This document shows positions 31,144 through 39,566 of a DNA stretch of 64,000 bases, in pieces. How positions within the stretch are numbered: position 1 is the stretch's first letter; each line of letters starts with the position of its first letter. The position numbers and the translations under genes are program-made. Source of the stretch: an uncultured Flavobacteriales bacterium (GTDB lineage: Bacteria > Pseudomonadota > Alphaproteobacteria > UBA8366 > CAVOAK01); NCBI GenBank assembly GCA_964419045.1, contig CAYQNO010000009.1, forward strand, positions 267,225 through 331,224, in the 5' to 3' direction. Under the pieces are notes generated by a model. The model ran no database searches. It was not told the DNA's origin and saw only the letters and a list, made by a program, of their open reading frames with translations.

Positions 31144-31204
31144 TATATAGTTAATCTGGTACTTCAATCTTCTATTAAAATAACAATGGGAAGGGAGCAC
31201 TAAT

Positions 31205-32296
31205 ATGAAACGGAGTATTTATCTTAGGTCTGTAAGTGCGGCCAGCGCCATGTTGATGGCGTGTGGGGTGTTTGCTGCCTCATCGCCGGCGGATGCGGGC
31301 ATGTTTGATGGAGAAACATTGACAGTTGCTACGTTCGGTGGTTCGTGGCGTGATCGGATCAAACTCATTGTAGGTAAAGCATTTGAGGACGAAGGCGGAA
31401 AGATTGAGTTTGTTGTTGGTAATGGTGGTTCAAATCTTCAGGCAATGATAGCTGCAAGGGGACAAAAAGCACCATTTGATGTAATGGAAGTCACCGACGA
31501 ATATTGGAATAGTTTTGTCAAGGGTGATTTTGTTCAAAAGCTTGATTTGTCACAAATTCCTAATACTGCTGACATGGATCCAGCTTTGTTTGACGACTAC
31601 AAAGTTGGCAACTGGATTGTTCTTGAAGGACTTGTCTATAACATTGAGAAGTTCAAAGAACTAGGACTCCCGCGACCAACGACTTTTTCCGAGCTTGACC
31701 ATCCGAAACTGAGGGGCAAGCTTCACATGACCGATGCATCTGCCTTTACCGGTCTTTATACGATTGCTGTCCTCGCCTACGAAAATGGGGGAAGTGAAGC
31801 TAACATTCAGCCTGGTCTCGATAAAATCAAGAAAATGGATTTCCACTCATATTCGCAAAACGCCGTAACAGTTAACCAAATGATGAAGTCTGGAGAGCTT
31901 TATGCGACATTTGCACACTGTGGCTGGGCGGTTAGGCAGCACGATGCCGGTATTCCGTCAGGATGTGTCCATCCTACAATAAACGGTAAGCGTGGCGCAC
32001 CAGCGGTTGGTTATGCAGCAATGGCGAAAGGCTCAAAGAAAACCAAGGCTGCCCATTTCTACATCAACAATCTGGTTGGTTTCGCAATGCAGGAGCTATT
32101 TCATGTAAAAAATGGTATTGTTCCTGTAAACAAGAAAGTAATGGAGCAGTATTATCAAAAGCCTAAACTAGATAGTTCAGGTGTGCCATTCCTAATTCTA
32201 GACCCGAAAGAGGTTGCTAATTTCTGGTACCTAGACTATTCAAAGTATAATCCGAAGAAATGGCAGAAGGCTTGGGATAGAACTCTGCTTCGTTAG
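31205..32296 (+). CDS. ABC transporter periplasmic substrate-binding protein (PotD/PotF-like family 1)
   Basis: 363 aa with a signal peptide (SAASAMLMACGVFAASSPADA) and an SBP-like N-terminal lobe (LTVATFGGSW). AGGGAG lies upstream. Confidence 0.82.
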   Translation: MKRSIYLRSVSAASAMLMACGVFAASSPADAGMFDGETLTVATFGGSWRDRIKLIVGKAFEDEGGKIEFVVGNGGSNLQAMIAARGQKAPFDVMEVTDEYWNSFVKGDFVQKLDLSQIPNTADMDPALFDDYKVGNWIVLEGLVYNIEKFKELGLPRPTTFSELDHPKLRGKLHMTDASAFTGLYTIAVLAYENGGSEANIQPGLDKIKKMDFHSYSQNAVTVNQMMKSGELYATFAHCGWAVRQHDAGIPSGCVHPTINGKRGAPAVGYAAMAKGSKKTKAAHFYINNLVGFAMQELFHVKNGIVPVNKKVMEQYYQKPKLDSSGVPFLILDPKEVANFWYLDYSKYNPKKWQKAWDRTLLR

Positions 32297-32344
32297 AATA
32301 TTGGTTTAACTTCAAGTATTTGTACGACAACGGGAGGAATTGGC

Positions 32345-33418
32345 GTGTCACAAGTCACGTTACGTGGAGCAGTCAAGCACTACGGCGAAGTTGTCGCGCT
32401 TGATACACTCGATTTAGAGGTCCAGGAGGGTGAGTTTCTCACCCTCCTGGGTCCATCAGGTTGTGGTAAGACGACCACTTTGCGGTTGGTAGCTGGATTT
32501 ATTGACCCGACTGCGGGACAAATTTTAATAGATGGTGAAGATGTGACGGGGCTACCGCCACAGAAACGTCAGATTGGCATGGTCTTCCAAGACTATGCTC
32601 TATTTCCGCATTTGACTATTGGTGAGAATGTAGGGTTTGGCCTCAAGGAAAGGGGCGCTCAGAAGGCAAAAATTCAAGAACGAGTTATAGAATTACTGGA
32701 TCTCGTGCGCCTTCCAGGTGTAGAGGATCGATATCCAGTTGAGTTATCGGGTGGTCAACAACAGCGCGTGGCATTGGCGCGAGCGGTCGCATTTCCGCCA
32801 CGTGTCTTGTTGATGGACGAACCACTTGGAGCCTTAGATCTGAAACTGCGGGAAGCGATGCAGTACGAATTGCGACGTATTCAGCAGGAGTTGAAGATAA
32901 CTACGATCTACGTCACACATGATCAACACGAAGCGATGACAATGTCTGACAGGATTGCGGTGATGAATCTGGGTAATCTGATCCAGCTTGATGACGCAAA
33001 TTCGATTTATACGAGGCCGAAAACTAAGTTTGTAGCTGACTTTGTCGGGAAAATTAACTTTCTTCCAGGTGAGGTTGCCGGTGAGGAGGGCGAATGGAGC
33101 AAGGTCAAACTTGTTAACACGGACATTCGAGCTCCAAAATTGGATAATTTGACTAATGGAGGGTCAGTAACAATTGCATTGCGACCCGAGAATTTGATAG
33201 TAGGCGGTGCCTCGTCGAAACATGGAAACGGCTTTAACTTGATTGAAGGTAAACTCACAGACCGTATTTTTGCTGGAAATCTCGTGCATGTAACAGTCGA
33301 CGTTGGTGAAGGCCATGAACTGATGATTGAGGCCAAGCCAACTGATGAATTACCTCGTGATGGCGATCCAGTCAAAGTGAGTTGGGCGCCGGAGAATGCG
33401 GTATTGTTGACTGAATAG
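32345..33418 (+). CDS. ABC transporter ATP-binding protein (PotA-like, with C-terminal TOBE-like domain)
   Basis: 357 aa. Has Walker A (GPSGCGKTT), the signature LSGGQQQRVALARA, Walker B (LLMDEPLGALD) and the H-loop (VTHDQ). It uses a GTG start with GGGAGGA upstream. Confidence 0.93.
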   Translation: MSQVTLRGAVKHYGEVVALDTLDLEVQEGEFLTLLGPSGCGKTTTLRLVAGFIDPTAGQILIDGEDVTGLPPQKRQIGMVFQDYALFPHLTIGENVGFGLKERGAQKAKIQERVIELLDLVRLPGVEDRYPVELSGGQQQRVALARAVAFPPRVLLMDEPLGALDLKLREAMQYELRRIQQELKITTIYVTHDQHEAMTMSDRIAVMNLGNLIQLDDANSIYTRPKTKFVADFVGKINFLPGEVAGEEGEWSKVKLVNTDIRAPKLDNLTNGGSVTIALRPENLIVGGASSKHGNGFNLIEGKLTDRIFAGNLVHVTVDVGEGHELMIEAKPTDELPRDGDPVKVSWAPENAVLLTE

Positions 33419-33475
33419 TTTAGCTATTTTGGTTGAAAATTCTGTTTAAGGGTTACACCAATATAGAGGATCCTA

Positions 33476-33508
33476 GTTGCCCGAATCACTCGATTCGGGC
33501 AACTTTTT
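33476..33508 (+). terminator. Rho-independent terminator of the ABC operon
   Basis: A perfect 12-bp stem (GTTGCCCGAATC/GATTCGGGCAAC) with the 4-nt loop ACTC, followed by TTTTT. It begins 58 nt after the ATPase stop codon. Confidence 0.82.
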
Positions 33509-33534
33509 AGGGGAAAAGTGAGGCGCAGCGTGCC

Positions 33535-34743
33535 TCAAACGTTTCCTGCGAGCGCGTTACAAGCTTCGGCAAATGGCGTTGTGGGAGGACGATATAGTCC
33601 GGCCCCTAACCCTCCATCTATTCCTTCTTTGTCAACGATCCCAAGCTCTACAATGGGTGTAGCACCACTCTTGATCACAGCATGTGCGGATAATCCAACT
33701 CGGACACGAGATTTGGGAAAACCCGGATGTTCCGCAGCTAGCAATTTTCCTGGCAACTCCAAGATATCATTATGGTTGAAGTCTTTGTGAAAATCCTGCA
33801 TGAACGGACAATAGGCTTGAGCCATTGCACCAAGACCGAGACCTTCAATAAGGGCGCTATCACCGTATGCGCCGACACATGAAGCGAGTGTATGTGGCTC
33901 GCGAAGCACGCCAAGGGGTGGGCTTGCTTCAACCGAGAACCATCGACCAGGAAGACCACTGACCTGCAACCCGAAGTGCGTACCGTTACCACCAAACGCA
34001 GTAATAATTCCACTACCTTTTACATTGTTTGCTGCTGCTAGAATGCATCTCGATGCTGCCATCCAAAAATTCAGGTGAAAGCCAGGCCATTTAGCGATAA
34101 ATTCTTCGCTCTTGCTTCCCGAAAATGTCGTGCCCAGGCGTTCCTTTAAGATCGGGAGCAGGATGCCATGCGCAGCAACATGTCTAAGGTGAACATCGTC
34201 ACCGTCAGTAAGCGCTTCGTCGACGATAGGCAGCCAAGGTAGTGGTTCGATTGAGGCTGGATCGATCACGTCCGCAATCTCGTTGTTTAGAAATCTTATG
34301 AGGTCTAGAGCTTCTTTCGTTTTGCGTCCGTAGCGTGCTGCTGGATCACCACCTGTTCCTCCACCATTGATAGGTGCATAAGCGCGGTGGCTTGGGTTAT
34401 TAAGGTCACTGATTTCAATCATACGCATGGATTGAGAAACAACTGCTGCCATAGGCGTAGCCACGTTTCGATCCTGCGCGGGTTCAAAATGAACTTCGCC
34501 AGATTCAATCAACTCATCTGCTTCGTCTAGAGTGCCCGCCCAGCCCTCATATACACACGCAATAGCAGCAGAATTTAACGTTGGTGTTACGAGTGCGTTA
34601 TGGGGGTCCGCAGGTGGGCCACAGTGAAGCAGTGTGTGTGTCTCTAAACCGATCGCATCTGCCGCGGTAGGCATACCAGACCACGCTGGCGCAACGGATA
34701 AAAGTTGCTCGATCGATTGTGAATCATTGGCCGTGACATCCAT
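33535..34743 (-). CDS. DUF1116 family protein (YlbE/AllH-like)
   Basis: 402 aa from the ATG at 34743. By my recollection the blocks LLHCGPP, YEGWAG, ESGEVHFEPAQDRNVATPMA, GTHFGLQVSGLPGRWF and GDSALIEGLGLGA parallel E. coli YlbE. This needs HMM confirmation. Confidence 0.65.
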   Translation of the reverse strand: MDVTANDSQSIEQLLSVAPAWSGMPTAADAIGLETHTLLHCGPPADPHNALVTPTLNSAAIACVYEGWAGTLDEADELIESGEVHFEPAQDRNVATPMAAVVSQSMRMIEISDLNNPSHRAYAPINGGGTGGDPAARYGRKTKEALDLIRFLNNEIADVIDPASIEPLPWLPIVDEALTDGDDVHLRHVAAHGILLPILKERLGTTFSGSKSEEFIAKWPGFHLNFWMAASRCILAAANNVKGSGIITAFGGNGTHFGLQVSGLPGRWFSVEASPPLGVLREPHTLASCVGAYGDSALIEGLGLGAMAQAYCPFMQDFHKDFNHNDILELPGKLLAAEHPGFPKSRVRVGLSAHAVIKSGATPIVELGIVDKEGIDGGLGAGLYRPPTTPFAEACNALAGNV

Positions 34744-34940
34744 GTCTCTTATCCTCATTGTTGCTGGAAATACTAACACTCTCCCAATTCAATAATGTCC
34801 TATACTAAAATGCGTGGTATGACAGCAATGATCTTGCCATCTATCAAGTGACATTCGTTTTACAAATTCCCATGTAGGGCGTCGATACTAAGTTGCACGG
34901 TAATTCTTATGTCTGACTGAATAAATGAAAGTGATAGTCT

Positions 34941-36221
34941 ATGAAAGCACTTAACGAGCTATCTGTCGCTGAAGTAGCGAAAGCGATTAAGTCAGGCCAG
35001 ACAACGTCGGAGGCGGTGGTCTGTGCTTGCTTGGAACGTATCGGAGCGCGTGAAAATGTGGTTGGTGCTTGGCAGTGTTTAGAACCTGATATGGCACTTG
35101 AACAAGCACGCGACTGTGATCGAAAAGAAGCAAATGGTCTGCTTCACGGTGTTCCAATCGCCGTTAAGGATATTATTGAGACGCAAGATATGCCGACGTG
35201 TTACGGATCGGAGATCTATGAAGAGAACTTTACAAATTGGGATGCTGCTTGTGTAACGCTCGTGCGTGAAGCTGGTGCAGTTATCATGGGTAAGTCTGTT
35301 ACGACAGAGTTTGCTGCATTTAGTCCAGGTAAGACGGCAAACCCCCGAAATCTTCGGCATACGCCCGGTGGCTCTTCTAGTGGATCAGCGGCAGCTGTGG
35401 CCGATTATATGGTTCCAGCAGGATTTGCTACGCAGACCGCGGCATCAATCATCCGTCCAGCTGCATTCTGTGGCGTGATTGGGTACAAGCCAAGTTACGG
35501 TAGTTTCAGTCTTGCCGGTATAAAAACATTTGCCGAATCTGTGGATACGCTTGGCACAATTACTCGGTCAGTAGAAGATGCCAAAATAATGCGCGCTGCG
35601 TTGCTAGCTATACCGTTAGAATCAAATAATATTCCTCAAATAAATTCGCTGAAAATTGGTTTGTGCCAAACTCATCAATGGGATGAAGCTGATGAATATA
35701 CACACGATGCAATTGAAGGTGCTGCTGAAACCTTAGCTGCTGCGGGAGCTAAGTTGTGTAAAATTGAGTTGCCGTTAGACTTCGCTAACTTGGTAGAGGT
35801 TCACAAGACTATAATGAGTTTCGAGGGCGCACGTAATTATGCGTTCGAGCGTCTTAACCATGGTGCCCGACTAAGTGACGGACTGAATGAATTATTAGAA
35901 ATTGGAGCTATCTGTTCTTATAATGAATACTTAGAAGCTTGCGCGCATGCAGAAAGGTGTCGACGATTACTTAATTCAGTGTTTGATGACGTTGATTTGC
36001 TCCTCACACCGTCAGCTAGGGGTGAGGCGCCGGAAGGGCTCACGGTGACAGGTGATCCAATATTTAGCCGTATGTGGACACTGTTGCATGTGCCCAGCAT
36101 TACAATTCCTGTTTCTTTAGGGTCATTGGGGCTTCCGATCGGGGCCCAATTCGTAGCCCGGTACCAATCTGATGATTCACTATTGCGTATGACCCAAACA
36201 ATTGACGGTGTATTGCGGTAA
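34941..36221 (+). CDS. Amidase-signature (AS) family amidase
   Basis: 426 aa with the AS motif GGSSSGSAAAVA, the catalytic Lys context (GVPIAVKDII) and a Ser-cisSer-Lys arrangement. Confidence 0.9.
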   Translation: MKALNELSVAEVAKAIKSGQTTSEAVVCACLERIGARENVVGAWQCLEPDMALEQARDCDRKEANGLLHGVPIAVKDIIETQDMPTCYGSEIYEENFTNWDAACVTLVREAGAVIMGKSVTTEFAAFSPGKTANPRNLRHTPGGSSSGSAAAVADYMVPAGFATQTAASIIRPAAFCGVIGYKPSYGSFSLAGIKTFAESVDTLGTITRSVEDAKIMRAALLAIPLESNNIPQINSLKIGLCQTHQWDEADEYTHDAIEGAAETLAAAGAKLCKIELPLDFANLVEVHKTIMSFEGARNYAFERLNHGARLSDGLNELLEIGAICSYNEYLEACAHAERCRRLLNSVFDDVDLLLTPSARGEAPEGLTVTGDPIFSRMWTLLHVPSITIPVSLGSLGLPIGAQFVARYQSDDSLLRMTQTIDGVLR

Positions 36222-36317
36222 CATTCAAGTGGCAAAGACTACTGTTGACTGATAACCCGACGAAAAATTTCTTGGTTATAGCCCCTCAATCTAACAACAT
36301 ATCTCCGATTGCACTTG

Positions 36318-36338
36318 ACAAGATATGGAATATCTTGT
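36318..36338. repeat. Perfect 9-bp inverted repeat (ACAAGATAT-GGA-ATATCTTGT)
   Basis: Read directly from the sequence. It lies 97 nt after the amidase stop and 64 nt before the small membrane ORF. No U-tract follows, so it is not a canonical terminator and could be an operator or an RNA hairpin. Confidence 0.5.
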
Positions 36339-36401
36339 GGCATATTGGTACCGTTACGCAATATGTGCTCACCAGTTAGCGGTAATGCCTAGGGGTATAA
36401 C

Positions 36402-36638
36402 ATGCTTCAGATATACGAAACGGTGAAAGTATGGCTTAGCCGATTCGTTGAAATTGGCCTATTGTTGTTAGCTTTGAGTATCCTTCTCCAACTGTTATTT
36501 GGTCCTTCCGCGATATTTCTGACAGGAGATGTGATCGGAAATCTGGTTAATCTCATCGGTGCATTGGGGGATCGTGCATTCGTTGGCCTGATTGCCGTAG
36601 GTATAATTTTGTGGCTTTATGTGAAACATTCACAATAA
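36402..36638 (+). CDS. Hypothetical small membrane protein (two predicted TM helices)
   Basis: 78 aa with two hydrophobic stretches (IGLLLLALSILLQLLF and FVGLIAVGIILWLYV). I recognise no family, so coding status is unverified. Confidence 0.4.
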   Translation: MLQIYETVKVWLSRFVEIGLLLLALSILLQLLFGPSAIFLTGDVIGNLVNLIGALGDRAFVGLIAVGIILWLYVKHSQ

Positions 36639-37114
36639 ATGCATTATATTTCAGATAGTTAAAGGTTTTGTGCTAATCATTAGCCAACTTAAAAAAAGAA
36701 TTAAGTTATGTTCAGCAACCAATTCGACTTTAATGGTTGTTGGAATAATTGATTGTTAGAAGTGCTTTAGGATCAATAACGTTCATTTATAGTGTGGGGG
36801 ATCTGTCTGCGCTTGTTGTTGGTATTTAGAGACGATATTCACATATGTAGATGCGCTAGGTGGATATGAGAATTTGCAAAGTGTATGGTTGACGCTTCGT
36901 GAAGCGCACTAGTAATCAGATAAATTCAATCATTTTCGAGTCGCCAAGTTAGGAAGAATTAATTCGTATCGCTCAATAGTCCCCGAACGGGTAACCGACT
37001 AAGTGCGATTTTATAACAAAGCACACGTATGAATAAATTGCTATGTTGAGAAGATTATAATGTGAGCTTGCGGGGTTGATGCCACGAGCGTTAGGTTGAC
37101 CTAAAATTGAACCT

Positions 37115-37921
37115 GTGAAGGACAGAATAATGGATATGGATTTCCCCGTTTTATTTGGAATTTGCCTCGATGCCGAAGCAGGCTGGTCGCGTTTGCTTGC
37201 TGATGGCTCGCCACGACCGGTACTTATGAGTCAAGGTGCGTATGCTGTGCGCGAGGGACTGGAGCCACTTCTCGACCTTCTGGATAAGTATTCGGCTATC
37301 TCGACCTTCTTTATCCCTGGTCAAACCGTCGACCGCTATCCGGATTCAGTCAGGGCAATTTATCAACGCGGTCACGAAATTGCGAGCCATGGCTACGATC
37401 ATCTAGCACTATTAGGCCTTAACCAAGAACAGGAGCGTGATGAACTAGTGCGTGGAATCGATTCGATTACACATACAGTAGGTCAACGACCGGTTACCTG
37501 GCGAGCACCTGGCTGGGAACTGACTGATCACACAATAGACATGCTATTGGAGGCTGACATAAGTATATCAACAAATTTTCAGGACCAATCCCGTCCCTAT
37601 CGACATGTTCGAAATGGTACGCCGATTCCGCTTGTTGAGCTTCCGGTACACTGGCATTTGGCTGACGCACCCTATTTTCTTTATGGCGGTGGGCTTGGTG
37701 GTTCTATTGACACCATATCTAACGCTTATGAGACTTGGAGTGAGGAGTTTCTTGCACTCTATGATGACCGTCCAGGGTCAATTTTTCATCTAACCCTGCA
37801 TGTTCAACTTATTGGGCATCCTGGCAGGTTGCGTATGGTCGAGCGACTAATAAAACTCATAAAATCAAAGTCGAGGTCAAAATTTATGCGCTGTGACGAA
37901 TTGGCCAACCAAGTCGCGTGA
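37115..37921 (+). CDS. Polysaccharide deacetylase / NodB-fold (CE4) family hydrolase, divergent subgroup
   Basis: 268 aa with NodB-like motifs: SHGYDH (H-x3-H), WRAPGW (RxP-like) and LHVQLIGHPGR. Motif 1 reads CLDAEA instead of TFDD. Candidate starts are GTG at 37115 and ATG at 37130 or 37136. Confidence 0.75.
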   Translation: MKDRIMDMDFPVLFGICLDAEAGWSRLLADGSPRPVLMSQGAYAVREGLEPLLDLLDKYSAISTFFIPGQTVDRYPDSVRAIYQRGHEIASHGYDHLALLGLNQEQERDELVRGIDSITHTVGQRPVTWRAPGWELTDHTIDMLLEADISISTNFQDQSRPYRHVRNGTPIPLVELPVHWHLADAPYFLYGGGLGGSIDTISNAYETWSEEFLALYDDRPGSIFHLTLHVQLIGHPGRLRMVERLIKLIKSKSRSKFMRCDELANQVA

Positions 37922-37978
37922 ATTTTAGAATTTTGCGAACCGGCGTATTCGTTTCGCCCTGAATAGACTGGGAGAAGT

Positions 37979-39133
37979 ATGTCAAAAGCCGATTTTGATT
38001 TACAGGAATTTGAGGATCGTAGAGTTCGCGTTCGTGCAGCGATGGAAAAAGAAGGCATAGATCTTCTGCTCGTACTTTCGCCTGTTAACATCAATTATTT
38101 AGTTGGTTGCCGTACAAAGGGCTACCAGCAATTCCAAGTATTATTCTTTCCTGTTGGCGACGCTCCGGCAACCTTTCTTACGCGAACTTCTGAGTTGCCG
38201 GAGACACTGGACACCTGTCTGGCCGAAGATATTCGTGGATGGGGTGGATCGATTCAAGAAGACCCCATCGATGTTGCAATAAAAATTATCGAAGAAAAGA
38301 ACTATCTTGGATGTCGAATTGGAATCGAAGTTATCAAATATTATTTGTCTGTGAACGAGTACAAGCGGATTAAGGGCTACTTGGGGAATTCTCTTATCGC
38401 AGATGCGTCGGGTCTGATTGACGAACTCAAATTCGTCAAATCCCCTGCGGAAATCACATATATTCGTAAGGCTGCTGCGATAGCTGACAGGGCTATGGAT
38501 GTTTGTTTTGAAACTGTCGCTGAGGGGATAACCGAAACGCAGATTGCTGGTGAAGTTTACCGCACGATGATGGCTGAGGGGGGTGAGATGGCTGCGAGCC
38601 CTATGAACTTTGCAAGTGGCGAACGTACCTGTTATGCGCACCCATCGCCTACTGAAAAGGTGGTTACCCAAGGCGATTTTATGCATATAGAATACGGTAC
38701 GGCTTACCGTCGTTATTGCGCACTTCTTGGTCGCCAGCTTTGTCTTGGTAAACCGACGCCTAGAATGAAAAATATTTTTGAAGTAGTTCGTGCAGCAGGT
38801 GATGCTTTTATTATGGAAGTAAGAGCAGGGGTTCCCGCTAGTGCTCCCCATGAGGCTGCCAAGAAGATTATAGCAGATGCTGGAATGGATAAGTTTAGAC
38901 TACACACGACGGGTTACGGCATAGCACCAGCATTTCCCCCAATGTGGGGCGAAAAACTAGATCTGACGGAAAACAGTCCTTATATACTGGAAGCGGGGAT
39001 GGTTATTTCGGTGGAGCCACCGGTCTTCAGCCATGATGACCGGCTTGGAGCAAGATTGGTTGATACAGTATTAGTTAATGCAGAGGGTTGTGAAATTTTG
39101 TCGCGCGTCACACGAGATTTAGTTGTTCTGTAA
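37979..39133 (+). CDS. M24-fold (creatinase/prolidase-like) hydrolase
   Basis: 384 aa. Has a creatinase/prolidase-type N-domain (IDLLLVLSPVNINYLVG) and a pita-bread C-domain (GDFMHIEYG..., LHTTGYGIA, GMVISVEPP, LVDTVLV). Confidence 0.8.
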   Translation: MSKADFDLQEFEDRRVRVRAAMEKEGIDLLLVLSPVNINYLVGCRTKGYQQFQVLFFPVGDAPATFLTRTSELPETLDTCLAEDIRGWGGSIQEDPIDVAIKIIEEKNYLGCRIGIEVIKYYLSVNEYKRIKGYLGNSLIADASGLIDELKFVKSPAEITYIRKAAAIADRAMDVCFETVAEGITETQIAGEVYRTMMAEGGEMAASPMNFASGERTCYAHPSPTEKVVTQGDFMHIEYGTAYRRYCALLGRQLCLGKPTPRMKNIFEVVRAAGDAFIMEVRAGVPASAPHEAAKKIIADAGMDKFRLHTTGYGIAPAFPPMWGEKLDLTENSPYILEAGMVISVEPPVFSHDDRLGARLVDTVLVNAEGCEILSRVTRDLVVL

Positions 39134-39164
39134 TAACGGTTTTGCCACCTGATTCTCAAGACAA

Positions 39165-39566
39165 TTAGCTGCCCTTAAAATTCAAAGCTACCGAATTCAT
39201 GCAATAGCGTAGACCTGTTGGCTGTGGGCCGTCATCGAATACATGGCCCAAATGCGCGTCGCAGGCAGAGCAGACAATTTCCGTGCGACGGGAGAGCATA
39301 CTGTCGTCGGCACGCTCCAGAACTGCGTCATCGGTGATTGGCTTCCAGAAACTAGGCCAACCAGTTCCGGAATCAAACTTCGTATTTGAGTCGAACAGAG
39401 AATTGCCACAGCAGATGCAGACATATTCACCATTCTCCATAGAGTAGTTATATTTTCCTGAAAATGGTTTTTCCGTAGCCGCCTGTCTACAAACTGCATA
39501 TTGTTCCGGCGTTAATTGGGTTTGCCATTCTACATCAGATTTTTCTATTTTTGTTTTAACTGCCAT
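39165..39566 (-). CDS. msrB: Peptide-methionine (R)-S-oxide reductase
   Basis: 133 aa with two CxxC zinc motifs ([25 protein letters not shown]) and the catalytic RYCMNS. Confidence 0.95.
   Translation of the reverse strand: MAVKTKIEKSDVEWQTQLTPEQYAVCRQAATEKPFSGKYNYSMENGEYVCICCGNSLFDSNTKFDSGTGWPSFWKPITDDAVLERADDSMLSRRTEIVCSACDAHLGHVFDDGPQPTGLRYCMNSVALNFKGS

Noticed and set aside
38141-38851. 236-aa minus-strand ORF inside the M24-fold gene
   Set aside because: It has a low-complexity, Cys/Arg/Phe-rich translation with no family resemblance. The sense-strand protein has clear M24 domain structure.
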